Shown here: positions 1 to 12,424 of the stretch, one piece after another
Layout of the letters: every line of letters begins with the position of its first letter
Numbering within the stretch: the first letter of the stretch is position 1
NCBI RefSeq assembly: GCF_000281045.1
Contig: NW_008246097.1
Location: 483,911 to 547,910 of the forward strand
Length of the DNA stretch: 64,000 bases
DNA from: Saprolegnia diclina VS20
Lineage: Eukaryota
Direction: 5' to 3'
The notes under the pieces: model-generated
What the model saw: the letters and a program-made list of their open reading frames with translations, nothing else
Database searches by the model: none
Told to the model about the DNA's origin: nothing
Program-made: the position numbers and the translations under genes

Positions 1-2085
1 TCGCAGCACGTGGCGTAGATGGCGGCGCGAAGAGCACTCGACTGCGTCGGCGGCTGCGTCAAGTAGGCGATGCAGTGCGCACTCGAAACGAGTTGGCCCA
101 GAGCATGGCGAAGCGCGTCGACATAGGCGGCAGCCTCGGCGCTCAGACGCGGCAGCACGTCGAGCAAGAGCGCAAAGACCGGTGCCGCGTCGGCATCGAC
201 AACGCTCTGCAGTGAGAGCGTACTGGGCGGTGTAAAGTCGACAAAGTAGCGCAGATTCCGCCGACACGCTGCCTCGATGTGAGCCGGTGGCGCCACCGAC
301 GTGGTCGCAAGGAGCGCGGGGAGTCGTTCGAGCAGATGTCGCTTGAGCTCTGCGCTTTGCATGTGAAGCACGTCGTGGAAGCACGTAAAGATGTCTTCTT
401 GCTGCCGCGGCGAGAGCGTCGGCCGCTGCAAGAGGTCGCACCACAGGGAAATGGCTGCCATTTGGTTGGCGAGCACGGGCGCCACGAGCTGCTTGCGAAG
501 GAAGATCATCACAAAGCTCTCAAACGCCGATGAGGCTGTCAGCGGAAGAAGGGCACGGAGCAGGCGCGTGCCGCAGGGCACCGACGTCGAAAAGAGGTGG
601 GCCAGCCGGTCTTGGAGTTGGGGCGCGCACATCGCGAGCAGCTGCGTCTGGTCTTTCGCGAGTGTCTCAAGAACATGCAGCGCTTGGTCCGTTGCATGGA
701 TCGAAGAGAGGAGCACATTGACGACCTCGGTGCGGAGCTCGGGCACGTCGGTGAAGACGACGAGAAACGTGTGGTGCGCGATCACGGCCGACGTCGGCAG
801 CCACGACACAGCAGCGTCCAGCAGCACGAGCGCTTTCCAGTGCTTTGAGAAGCGCAGCAGCGGGCGAAGGTCGAGGACCAAGGTCGCCTCCAAGTGCCGT
901 TGCAGCGTGTTCTGGAGTTGCTTGTGCTCCGACTCGGGCTTGGCAATCGCGAGCTTGAAGAGCGGCTGGGTCGCGTGCATCGCATGCAGCAGGACAAGCA
1001 CGTCCAGCGGCGTCCACGCGGCGCTGGACGACCGCAGCACCTTGTGGAAGCGCTGTACGTAGACTGGCGAGTACTGAAACAGCTATGTAGTCAACCATGT
1101 CCCTTCAATAAGCTCTTGGCATGGGACCCTACCGTCTCGAAAAGGTAGTCGAGGTCCCGCTCCAGCGACGGCGGTGCAAACGACAACATGTCGCGAGACA
1201 GTTGAATCCACGACTGGTCGTCGTGCGCGTCACTGAGCTCGTAGCACGCCCGGATCGAGTCGTCCCAGAAGCCAAAGGCGAGCTGGGACGAGAGAGAGGG
1301 CATCGTCGCTCGCACAAGCGCCTGAGCAAGCATGGTATGTGAGGTTGAAGACCGGTAAATAGAGAATACCTGCAGTGTGTGGTGGTGTGCGCGAGTCAGA
1401 AACGTGCAGCCGCGGGCAAAGCCCAGCACGAGGTGCAAGGTCGGTGCAGCCCACGGTAATTGAAGCAGCTGTTCCACGAGCTGCAAGAGGCTGAGCACAC
1501 GCTATGGCGATAGGCACGTACGTGGGAGGTGTCGGACGACGGTGGCAGGAGCGAGACGAGGTACGGCACGCTGTCGAGGATCGACTGGAAGCTCCTCACG
1601 TCGACGGCCGAAAAATTGGTCAGCGCAGCATGCAGCAAGGCGACGATGGCTTGGAGCACGCTTTGGATCTCGCTCATGACGCTGAACGTCGTGTCTTTAT
1701 CGTCCCGCAGCTCGTCCACGAGGACCATGAACACCATCGAGAGCTCGTTGACCCACTTGTAGTGCAACTACTTCTCGAGCACCATCGACAGCAGCAAATC
1801 GACGACGGAGCGTCGACGCGGCACCGCCTGTTCGTACGCTGCCAAGGCCAGGGACTGGCCCTCGATCGGACAGCCGAGTACGAGGCGGACAAAGGCCATG
1901 GCGGCGTCGTCGTGCTCGTGGCGAGGCAGGCCGCGCACGAGACCCTCGATCTACAACGATTGTCTTGGCACGTGGCAGCATGCATCGTAGACTCGCACCT
2001 CGGCCATGTCCATGCGCGCGAGGTGCACCTCGACGGCCTCAATGTCATCGGTCGTTGTCTGCAGCAAGCGCTCGAGGCTGGGCAT
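1..2085 (-). CDS. FANCI/FANCD2-like alpha-solenoid protein, multi-exon, 3' end runs off the window
   Basis: Spliced minus-strand frame includes VFTDVPELRTEVVNVLLSSIH..DQALHVLETL..RLLRALLPLTASSAFESFVMIFLRKQLVAPVLANQMAAISLWCDLL. This resembles the region around the monoubiquitinated Lys of FANCI (LRKAM) and FANCD2 (IRKQL). Start assumed at MPSLERLL. Confidence 0.5.
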
Positions 2086-2397
2086 GAGGCGGTCGGCGCC
2101 GGTGAAATTCCAGCATACGGCTTTATAGCGAATCAAATGCAAGAGCGTTTGGGATTGGCTGAAAATGAATTTGGGTCGCTTTAAATAGTGTGAGCGGTTA
2201 CGTGACAACGACGAACTAATGCAAATCCACCAGTCAACTGCTCAGCAACGCGCGCTCTGATCCGAAGATCATCGCTGCAAGTCGCTCACACCCATTCATA
2301 ACCCCCGAGAGTTCCGAGAGCGCCTCGATAAGTGAAAACCACACTCCGAAACGCCAACTCAGTTACAAACCAGCTATGGGGTTTGTTGCCTGTCGTG

Positions 2398-3287
2398 NNN
2401 NNNNNNNNNNNNNNNNNNNNNNNNNNNNNNNNNNNNNNNNNNNNNNNNNNNNNNNNNNNNNNNNNNNNNNNNNNNNNNNNNNNNNNNNNNNNNNNNNNNN
2501 NNNNNNNNNNNNNNNNNNNNNNNNNNNNNNNNNNNNNNNNNNNNNNNNNNNNNNNNNNNNNNNNNNNNNNNNNNNNNNNNNNNNNNNNNNNNNNNNNNNN
2601 NNNNNNNNNNNNNNNNNNNNNNNNNNNNNNNNNNNNNNNNNNNNNNNNNNNNNNNNNNNNNNNNNNNNNNNNNNNNNNNNNNNNNNNNNNNNNNNNNNNN
2701 NNNNNNNNNNNNNNNNNNNNNNNNNNNNNNNNNNNNNNNNNNNNNNNNNNNNNNNNNNNNNNNNNNNNNNNNNNNNNNNNNNNNNNNNNNNNNNNNNNNN
2801 NNNNNNNNNNNNNNNNNNNNNNNNNNNNNNNNNNNNNNNNNNNNNNNNNNNNNNNNNNNNNNNNNNNNNNNNNNNNNNNNNNNNNNNNNNNNNNNNNNNN
2901 NNNNNNNNNNNNNNNNNNNNNNNNNNNNNNNNNNNNNNNNNNNNNNNNNNNNNNNNNNNNNNNNNNNNNNNNNNNNNNNNNNNNNNNNNNNNNNNNNNNN
3001 NNNNNNNNNNNNNNNNNNNNNNNNNNNNNNNNNNNNNNNNNNNNNNNNNNNNNNNNNNNNNNNNNNNNNNNNNNNNNNNNNNNNNNNNNNNNNNNNNNNN
3101 NNNNNNNNNNNNNNNNNNNNNNNNNNNNNNNNNNNNNNNNNNNNNNNNNNNNNNNNNNNNNNNNNNNNNNNNNNNNNNNNNNNNNNNNNNNNNNNNNNNN
3201 NNNNNNNNNNNNNNNNNNNNNNNNNNNNNNNNNNNNNNNNNNNNNNNNNNNNNNNNNNNNNNNNNNNNNNNNNNNNNNNNNNNNNNN
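2398..3287. other. Assembly gap (Ns)
   Basis: Run of n characters. Confidence 1.
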
Positions 3288-3770
3288 GGAGATCGCAGCA
3301 TTCGGCCCACAGGCTCTGCCATCCTTACCGGCGGACGTCGCTCGCTTGCGTTGGTTTAGGCGTTTAGGAGCGTAGCACAGTCTAGTCGTGTAGCAAAGTA
3401 GCATCGCAGCGCCCATCCATCATCGCATTCACTCGTTTGCATGCAACACATACCTCCATGCAGTAGTACTCGTTTCTCGACGACGATGGCGACAACAGCG
3501 ACTCGTTGCTGCTCGCACCCTTGCAGCGCCGCAAGCAACTTGGATTGACGATCGCGCGTCGAGGTTGTAGCATATCGGCGGGTGCTCGAGCGCGTCCAAG
3601 CACTGGTAGACCATGTCGACACATTGACAGCGCATGAGGTCAAATGCGCGCTTTGTACGGTGGTAGCCGCAAGCCCGCGACAAGGTTCATCGCGTGCTTG
3701 ATTGCCGCCACGTTATCCGGATGTTGGCGGCAGCGGCAGCGTATCCGGACAACAGGCCACAGCAAAAACG

Positions 3771-4944
3771 ATGGCGTCGAGGAACGAGACCGAAGGGCAG
3801 GCCAAGCAGCGCCACAAGCTCGAAGCGCGGGTGCGCGCCCATTGACGTATGGCCCAGCATCATGCTCGGGCGGTGTAGGAGTGGCAGAACCAGACCAAGC
3901 TGCTTCAGAAGAAGTGGAAGAAGGAGAAGAAGTCCAAGAAGGACGTTGAAGACGAGCTTGTCCGCCTCGAGCACGAGATGAAGGAGCGCCATGCCGCCGA
4001 GCTTCTCGCCTTCGTACGTGCCTGCATCTCGTCTGCAACAAGGCGTCTCATGCGATGCGCAATGCCATCTAGGCCAAGGACGACGATGACAACGACGAGA
4101 CGGTGGTCGATGCAACGCCGCCGGCCGCCGATCCGACGTCGGCCTCGACCAACGCCAAACTCGAGAAGGCGCAGCGCAAGCGCGTACGACGTGTCGACTT
4201 ACCGTACTCGCATTCAACTGTGGCGACTACAGGAGAAGAAGAAGCAAGAGGAGAAGGACCGGCAGCTGCGCATCGCTGAAGAGTCCAAGAACGTTGTGAG
4301 CGAGCGCAAGGTTGAGCTCGATCAGATCGCACTGCAGCTGCAGTCGCTCAGCATGACGATCCACGAGATCCCGTCGGACGGTCATTGCTTGTACCACGCG
4401 GTTGCCGACCAGTTGCGGCGCATCGAGCAGCTCCCGTCCACGGGCGCTCTGGTACTTTGATCCTGCGACGGTGTATACGTCATGCAGCGCGTAGCCGCCG
4501 CACTTGTACCTGCGCCAGCGCACGGCTGCGTCGCTTCGTGCCAACGCCGATGACTACATGCCGTTTGTGGAGCTCAATTACGAGGCGGACGAGTCGCTCC
4601 AAGGTATTCCAGATTCCAGATGCCAGATGCCAGATCTTAGTGCCTCTTGTCTAGATCAATTCGCAGCCTACTGCCACCGCGTCGAGCACTCGTCCGACTG
4701 GGGCGGCCAGATCGAACTCCGGGCACTCGCACAGAGCCTCCAACGTCCGATTCATGTTTACGCAGCGGGCTCGGACGTCCTCGTCATGGGCGACGACTTT
4801 AGCGCGGCGCCTCTCCGTGTCTCGTGCGTCTCTTCGTCTCTGCCTACCCACCGCGCTCAACCTTCTTGTAGGTACCATCTGCACTACTACACGCTCGGTG
4901 CCCACTACAACTCTGTTGCGACCGCCGACGCCGACGATCTGTAG
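3771..4944 (+). CDS. OTUD6B: OTU-domain deubiquitinase, OTUD6B/OTU2-like (about 7 exons)
   Basis: Charged N-terminus (QRHKLEAR..KERHAAEL), catalytic motif IPSDGHCLYHAVADQL, WGGQIELRAL, and C-terminal YHLHYYTLGAHYNSV; short GT-AG introns join the frames. Confidence 0.9.
4607..4634 (+). repeat. 7-bp tandem repeat T(T/G)CCAGA x4 inside an intron
   Basis: ttccaga ttccaga tgccaga tgccaga. Confidence 0.8.
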
Positions 4945-5002
4945 TCGCAGGAATCTACCAGAGGCCAATGTCGACCGAATGAAACATACACATTGTACAG
5001 CT

Positions 5003-8000
5003 TTAGGTCGACTTGTTCTTGTGAGCTTTCTTGGGCTTGTTGTTGCCGCCCTTCTTGGCAGTGCTCAGGCCCGGCGCCGAGACCTTGACGGGCCCGACCA
5101 TGCAGCTGACGAGGTCGGCTTCTGGCACGCATTTGATGAGCTCCTTCTGCGCCTCGACCGGGTCCACGTCGGGCGCGACCTCGTCCTTGGCACCTTCGTC
5201 TTCGGTCACCGGCGCTGTCGATTTCGGCAAAATCGCCGACGAAATTTTGGGTTTGAGGTTGAGAAAGTGGTCGACCGCAAACTGGACGGCCTTGCCCTTC
5301 TTTTGCGCTCCGGGCGTGAGCTTGACCTTGTACGTGTACAGCGCGAGGGTCGAGTACGGGGCGCAGACGGGCATCGCAAACAAGAGCAGATCGTTGGGCA
5401 GCGGCGTGCCCGTGAACGAGTCGAGGAACGCAGCGTTCTGCGCCTCCTCCTCTTCCTGCTCCTGCAGCTGCGCCTTGCGCTCGCGATGGAGCGCGTAGAT
5501 GGCCTCCTTCTCGTCGTCGACCGCATTCGTGCCGGCTTCGCTCGGCGTGACGTCCACAAAACTCTCCGCCTCGTCCTTCTCTGTCGCCTCGTCGTCCTAT
5601 GTACTAGGTGAGCGATATCGCGATGCGGTCTCTGGTTACCTCCTCGACCGACTCGGTCGTGAGCTCCGAGACCTTGACGTGGCCGAGGGCAGCGAGGCGC
5701 AGGAGTCGCTCGTCCTCGTCTTGGTCGGCGTACTTTTTCAACTTCTTGAGCTTGCCCTTCTTCCCGCGCACGGGCGGTGCCGGCGCTGCGCCCTTGGGCT
5801 TCTTCTCGGTCGGAGCCGGCGGCGGCGCCACGTTGGTCTCAGCAGCATCCGCGTTGTCCTTCTTGTTGCGCGCCTTTTTGAGGTCGCGGCGCTCCTTGGC
5901 GCTCAGTCGCTTCTTCCCCGGCCCGTCGTCGCCGTCGTTCGCATCGAGGCTCTCGACATCGCTGTTGGGCTCGTCGTCGGGTGCGACGACCGGTGCCAGC
6001 TGGACCTCGGGCTGCGGCTTGGCGGGCTTGGTCTTGGCCGTGGGCTTGGGCGCCACGACAGTGCTTGTCTCAGCAGCCGCTGCCTTGTCATCGTCCACGA
6101 TCGCAACCGCTACGCCACGCGCCTCAGCCTCCACGAACTCGAGAAGGCTCCTGTTACCACGCGGCTTGGGAGCGTCCAGGTCGTCGTTCTCGAGCGCTTC
6201 GAGCTCGAGATGGTGCGCGACCGAGCTCTCGTCGATACGAAACACGATCGCGAGGCCCATCTCGAGGCGCGAGGCCGGAATAAAGTTCTTCTTGCCGCGG
6301 ATCATAAAGCTACCGGTCGTGAGGTACTCGCCCGTGGGGGCCGTCTTGGACACTTGGTCGGCGCGGACATAGTAGGCACCCGCGACGACCTGGTTGGCCC
6401 ACGCATTGCTGCGGCAGACGCTCATGCAGCCGGCTTGCTCGATGGTCGAGATCGGGATCGGGTCGTTTGCATCGGCGCTGCGGTTGCGAATGATGCACGT
6501 GGCTACACAATATCAATGTTTCAAGCCACGCACCCACGGAGTAAGGTACCGGCGCCGTGGAGGTCGGCGTGGACGTAGAGGTCGCCCTTGCGCAGGTATT
6601 TCTTGACGAGCGTCTCGTTTTGCTGCGCGTCCTTGCCCGCGAGCACCATGTACTTTTCGCGCGTGATGAACCAGTGGAACCTTTCAAACCACATGGTCTT
6701 CCGGCGCTGGTAGAGCGTTTTGCGCTGGAGCTTCTGCGCTTGCTGCTTCTTCTCGTGCTTCTTGACGGCTTGCTCGATCGCCTTGTCCGTCGCTTCGGTC
6801 GCCTTTTGGGCCTTGACGACCGCCTTCTTCTTCTTCGAGTAGAGCTCCCGCGCGTTCGCGAGCGCCGAGAGACTCAGATCGATCGGGACGCAGTAGGCGA
6901 CCGCGCTCTCCATGTCGGCGTCGTCGGCGTCCGTGTCGCAAAGCAGCACCGAGACGCGGTTCTGGCCGAGGTCGAGCTTGTGGATGAGCGATGCGACCGG
7001 GTTGCCGTTCTTCTGCTCTTGCTTGATGAGGTCCTCGAGGTCCTTCCAGTCCATGCCGTTGGCGAGCGCGCTGCGGAGCACAAGCAAGACGTTCTCAATG
7101 TCGAGCTGATTCTGCTCGATGAGCTGCGCCTGCACGACGCTCTCTTCTTGCGTCTTGCGGAACGCCTCCATCTGGTCTTGCTGGTGCTTCTTGAGCTTGT
7201 CGACCTTGGTCTCGGCCGCGAGCGCTGCTTGCTTCTTCTCGGCTTCGGCCATTTGCGCCTCGATCTTGGAGAAGAACTCGTCGACCGCCATGTCAAAGGT
7301 CCGGAAGCGCTGGACCGACCGACCTTCGTGCTGCGCGTAGAGGTACGGCGTAAACTCATCAAAGGCTCCGGTCGTCGGGCTCAGGATGATAAAGCCGTGC
7401 TCGCTCACGTCCGAGGCGTCGCTGCCTTCGCCGTGCAGCGTCACCTGGTTCTGCGCCAGCTCGTCGAGAAGCGTCGGGGCCGCGGCGAGGCTCGCGACAA
7501 GCGCGTTCGCTTGGTCCGGCGTCAACGGCACGACGACGTTGGCGGCCGCGGTCTTGACCTTGAGGCTCGGCGCAAGGTTGGCCTTGACGAGGCAGTGCTC
7601 GACGATCGTCGGGCCAAAGCCGCCGACGCCCGACTCCTTGCTCATTAGGATCTGCTTGAGCGTGTACTGCTTCTTGCTCTTCTCTTTCGTCGCCATCTCC
7701 TGCACGTACGACCGAATGAACGCAAGGAGGTCGCTGCCCGACGTGAAGACGGCGGCGGCGCTGTTGCCAACCACCATCGCGTTCTCCATCGGGTAGATTT
7801 GCTTGACCGCGACCTTGACCTGCTCGTCGTACGTGTGCGACCGCAGCAGCGACAGAATCGAGTAGTTGTGGTCGGTCAAGATGATGTTGCCAGCCGCGTA
7901 GAGCTCGAGGATCAAGTGGTGGCGCTGGTCGCCGTCGCCAAATGCAAAGTCGATGACGCGGTCCGACGCGCACTGCGTGACGCTCGCGAGACGCTTGCCG

Positions 8001-8257
8001 CGGAGGTGCTTGCGGAGCTTCATGGTAAACTGCAATGGAAGCGCGCTCGCCGTCTCGCGCGCGTATGCGGTCGTGTGGAAGCGGACGCCCGACTGCAGGA
8101 GGAGGAAGACCTTGGGCAGGCCCGGCGTCGCCAGCTTGAGGATGTACGTCTTGTTGACCTCCGAGTCGTAGATGTTGGTCACGCGCATGTTGACGACGTT
8201 CTTGGTGATGGAGCCCACCATGGCGCTGATGTCATCGATGGCCATGCGCGTCTTCAT
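5003..8257 (-). CDS. NEMF: Ribosome quality control factor NEMF/Rqc2 (NFACT-N, NFACT-R, NFACT-C), 3 exons
   Basis: MKTRMAIDDISAMV..FTMKLRKHLR..DRVIDF..LILELYAAGNIILTD; WFERFHWFI..GKDAQQNE..YVHADLHGA; QVSKTAPTGEYLTTGSFMIRGKKNF; PVCAPY..YKVKLTPGAQKKGKA. Confidence 0.95.
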
Positions 8258-8636
8258 GGTGCTGCGTTGTCGACCTCGAGGCTCGTTCAATTCTGGCTTC
8301 AGTTTTCATTCGACTAAACCCACGTGCGCTTTTTGGCCAATCGAACGTTGCCAGAACCTGCTACGTGGGGCTCCGACTAAACGCCGACTGAGAATGGCTT
8401 GAACGAATGCTCTAGGCGCTGAGCGTGGGACCTTGCGACCACCGCAAATCAGTTGCCCCGTGGGACGAGATGAGGAGGCTGCCATTGCTTGCAGACGGCC
8501 TCGTGCAAATGCGCGGTCGGTGGCGTCTTCCTGCGGTGTATCCGGATACTAAACATTTTAGTCGAAAGGGAAAATCCAGTTTAGTCGATCGTAAATGCCA
8601 CTTTAGTCGCACAAGTTGGATTTCGCCGACCGACCG

Positions 8637-10264
8637 ATGCAGTCGCAGGAGGAAGAGCACGAGGTCGTCTACGACGTGGACTTTGACCGGAACCGCGCGC
8701 TGACCAAGGCCTTTGCAGCGACGTCCGAGGTATCGACAGCGCCGCAGCTCGACGCAGCACCAGAGCGCGCTCCAGTCGCGGCTGCGCAGATCCGCCAGCA
8801 AGGCCTGCTCGCAAAGTTCATTGGTACGTACGTACCCAGTCACACTACTACTGCTACAACATGCTATGTCTATGCAGGACACATGCGGGGAGCGCATGGT
8901 AGCGACGGCGACGACGACGAAGACGATGGGCTGGACTCGATTCTGACCTTTCATACCCCTGCAGCACCACCTGTCGCGCCCGCGGTAGCCACAAGCGACG
9001 CTCCAAGTAACACCACAAGCAACATCACAAGCAACGCCACAACCTCGACGGCTCCTTCCACAGGAGCAGCACCGCGTTCCGTGCGTCAACTGCCATCAAA
9101 GCCAGCTGCGATCACCACGCGGCCCACTGCAACACCGGCCCGTCGCCCGCCTGCACCCGTGTCCCAGCGCCCAGCGGCAGCCCGACCCACGCGCAATGTT
9201 GCATCTAGCGTGCAAGTCTCACCAGCCAAAACGCTTCTTAGTCACACGTTTGGTGCGGCCTCCGAACGTCCTGCCGCGTGGTCATCCGCGCCGCCGGTCG
9301 CCGCGAAGAAGCGACCGCCTGTCCGAAAGCAGCCGATGGTGCGCCCGACGCTCGACACGAGCAAGTAACATCCCGTCGTGCATGCTGCGGGATCGTGTTC
9401 TAGCTTGCGTGTAGGAAGCCAAAAGTCTACGAGAGCGTCGACCACGAGCGCTCGATGGCCGACGTGCTGTCCCAAGCGACCTCGCAAGCCAGCTCCTCGA
9501 CGTCGCGGCTGACGCCACGCGTACGCTCGCCCTTTGCTGCATACAGCCTCATCACTCAATAGCTGCCACGGGTGGTCACCAACCACGAGGAAATCGAAGA
9601 CTCCGGCGCCGGGATCCCGCTCGATTCCCAGGTCCGTCTCCACGCCGTGCACCTGAGATCATGTATCGCTCTAGCCGTCGTTCCTGCTGTCGCCAACGCA
9701 AGCCACGTCGGTGCTCAAGCGCAAGGACGCCTCCCGGCGCAAAGAATACCACATCGTCGGGCCGATCGGTCAAGCGGTTTTGGGCGCCGCCCGGAAGCTC
9801 AACCGCGACAGCACGCTCTTCCACTCGAGTCAAGTGCGCATGAACGATCCTCTTGTTTATGGAGCAAACGATGTCGATCGTAGGCGTCGTCGCTGCAAGT
9901 GGCCAACCCGGCGCTCGACCTGCCGCAGCACCGGCCGTTCATCACGATCTGCGTCCTGCGTCGGCGGTCGCACGCAAACTTCGTCGTGCTCACGTCGTTC
10001 GTGCACGACGTCTCGGACGCTGCGTACTTTGCGTCGACGACGTCGTCGACGCGCCTCTGCCTCGCGCCCGCTGTGTTTTTGGACGCCGTGTACGCGGCCG
10101 AGAAGGCGCCGGCGCCTGGTCGTCGCCTCCTCAAGCTCTACGCGCCGCTGCACGCGATCGCGGTCGACGGCAACCACCCGTTTCCGCTGCTTCTGGGCAC
10201 AAACTTTCTCGAGGTCCTCGAGACGGACCATCACTGCGACGCCACCTTGCCGAGTCTGAGCTGA
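8637..10264 (+). CDS. Hypothetical protein; low-complexity N-terminus, C-terminus resembles the SPIDR (DUF4502) region
   Basis: Spliced ORFs 8637-8823, ~8878-9361, ~9700-9833 and 9882-10264; ends KLYAPLHAIAVDGNHPFPLLLGTNFLEVL. Confidence 0.55.
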
Positions 10265-12020
10265 GGCTTGTGCGGCGCCGTGCGCGGGCGCGGCACGATC
10301 CCGTTCGACGACGAAGACGATGACGAGACCGATGACGTGCTGCGCGTCGACGCCGACTGCGGCCGGAGCTGGCTAATGCGTTCCATGCCGCTCATGAGGA
10401 ACTGAAGGTACTTGGTGTTGCGCGGCAGTGACCGCGTATTCGTTGTCGTTGCCGGGTGCGGCGCGAGGCGGCCGTAGACGTTCGGATTGTGCACTTGTAA
10501 GAGCTGAAGTCGTTCGGGATCCGTGAGCTCCGACGTGTTGCTATGCACGCGACGCACGCAGTACGCGCGGGCCGGGGCGAGCGCAGGGGTCGCCTCGTCG
10601 ACGATCGTCGTCGTCGTCGTCGTCGTCGTCTCGCTGGACGCGAGGTCTCGAAACGTCGTCTCCATCTGCGCTTGAAACTCAAGACGGGCGTCGTCCGATG
10701 CGCTCTGTGCGTGGAGAGCAGCCTCGTGGGTGGCCGTCCACGCCCGGTACCGGTTTTGCGGGCGCGTGAGCGGGTAAATCACGGGTGGCACGCGCGTCTT
10801 GGTCTTGGTCGCGCGCACCGGCGCCGGTCTCCGCGTCGGCAGCTGGAGCATCCAGCTGCAGTGGTCCATCGCATACGTGGCCGTGGTAGCGTGCATGTGC
10901 AAGTCGTGGCCGAGGCAGTAGAGAACCGAGTTGGCGCCGATCTGGCGGACTTGGGTCAAGAGCACGAGCATCTTGTCGACGATCGAGGCGTCGCGCTTGC
11001 GCCGCGCGGGCTGCAGCACCCACTTGTAGTTGGCGTACATCTCGGGCGTGACGAGCCCTGGCGCATCTTGGCTCCACGCGCGCGGCTGCAGGCGCACCGC
11101 CGACCCTAGCTTGGCAGGTGCGCAAAGGAAGCGCGTTTGGTCCGATGTCTCGATCGCAACGGGGTCCGATGGAAGGCAGGGATCGTGAGCCCAAGGCCCG
11201 GCGCGCAGGCGGAAGAAATGCTTCTTGGTGTTGAGACGCAGCGCGAGCTGGTCGTCGTGGGCGCCGCCGAGCGCAGCGCCGTTGGGCGACAGGAACTGCA
11301 CGGCCATGTCGAGCCCCAGCGGTCCTACGCGCTCGTAAGAACCCCGTCAAAGTGGTCGCGCGCTCCTACGGGGCGCCGACTTGAGCGTCGCCGAGACGGC
11401 CGAGACGCACGCATTCGCGAGCGCAATCGAGGACCTAGCCACGTGCACGTTAGCTGGACGAGGTGATGCGAGACGCCACCGGTGTTTGGCCGACGTCATC
11501 TCGGTCTGCTGCCGCGCGATCGTGCGGTCGAGGCTCTGCCCCGACTTGACCTTGTGCACCATGTGCCGCGACATTTTGCTACAAGTGCAGGCCGTAGTGG
11601 AGAGGAGGTTCTAGAGCAGAGGATGTACATGTAGTCGTGGAGGTGGTCGCGGTGCTTGGCCTGCGCGTACGTCGACGTCGGGTCGAGACCACGCGAGTGC
11701 AAGGAGGCAAAGTCCGAGACCGGGCTCGGTTCGCACCGGTCGTTGTTGCCGAGGAGCGCCTCGATGAGCCGTGCTTCGTTCGAGGCGCTCGGGCTCTCGG
11801 CCTGCGACGGACTTGGCGCCGAGAGCGTAATGGGCACCGACTTGGTGGTAGCCTTCATGTCACTCTCGTCACGTTCTTCGGGCTCTGCCTCCGCTTCGTC
11901 GTGGAGGCTCAGCGGCTCTGGCACGAGATCAAGGTCGACGTGCACTCGCTGGTGCAAAAGCGGCGCGTAGAGGATCGACCCGCGTCGCAAGACGGGCCGG
12001 CGGACGGCGTCGGCGTCCAT
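10231..12020 (-). CDS. Hypothetical protein, multi-exon
   Basis: Long coding-biased ORFs 11496-12020 and 10231-11307 linked by short introns; no family recognised. Confidence 0.65.
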
Positions 12021-12218
12021 TGCTCCACGTATTTATAGTCGACTACAACTCTGTCCTCTTTGAAACCGACAAGGCCCAATAGTCGCTCAGTGGATGCTTC
12101 TACTATGTTTTCGAGTGTCTTCGACTAACTGATCGAGCCCTTTGTCCATCTCACGGCAGCTCGTCTCGATCGATCCCGTCCGTACACTCGGATGAATCCA
12201 TCTCGTGGTCGGGTGGAT

Positions 12219-12286
12219 CTATCCTATCCAACTACCTATCCTATCCAACTACCTATCCTATCCAACTATCTATTCTATCCAACTAT
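12219..12286 (+). repeat. 17-bp minisatellite CTATCCTATCCAACTA(C/T) x4
   Basis: Read directly from sequence; lies between divergently transcribed genes. Confidence 0.9.
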
Positions 12287-12424
12287 CTCACGCATATAGT
12301 AATCCATTGAGTGTCGTTAGCTATCGAGGATCGATCTCGGGAGGATCCTGATGGTACCCTTTTTTGGCACGACCCGAGCGAGATCTTGAAGAGGCGCAGA
12401 ATCCGTCCCATCGAGCGGCCGACG

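Noticed and set aside
3355..3369. Telomere-like TTTAGG copies beside the gap
   Set aside because: Only two imperfect, non-tandem copies
2286..3416. Long ORFs spanning the N-gap (also around 19994-20726)
   Set aside because: Artefacts of translating Ns
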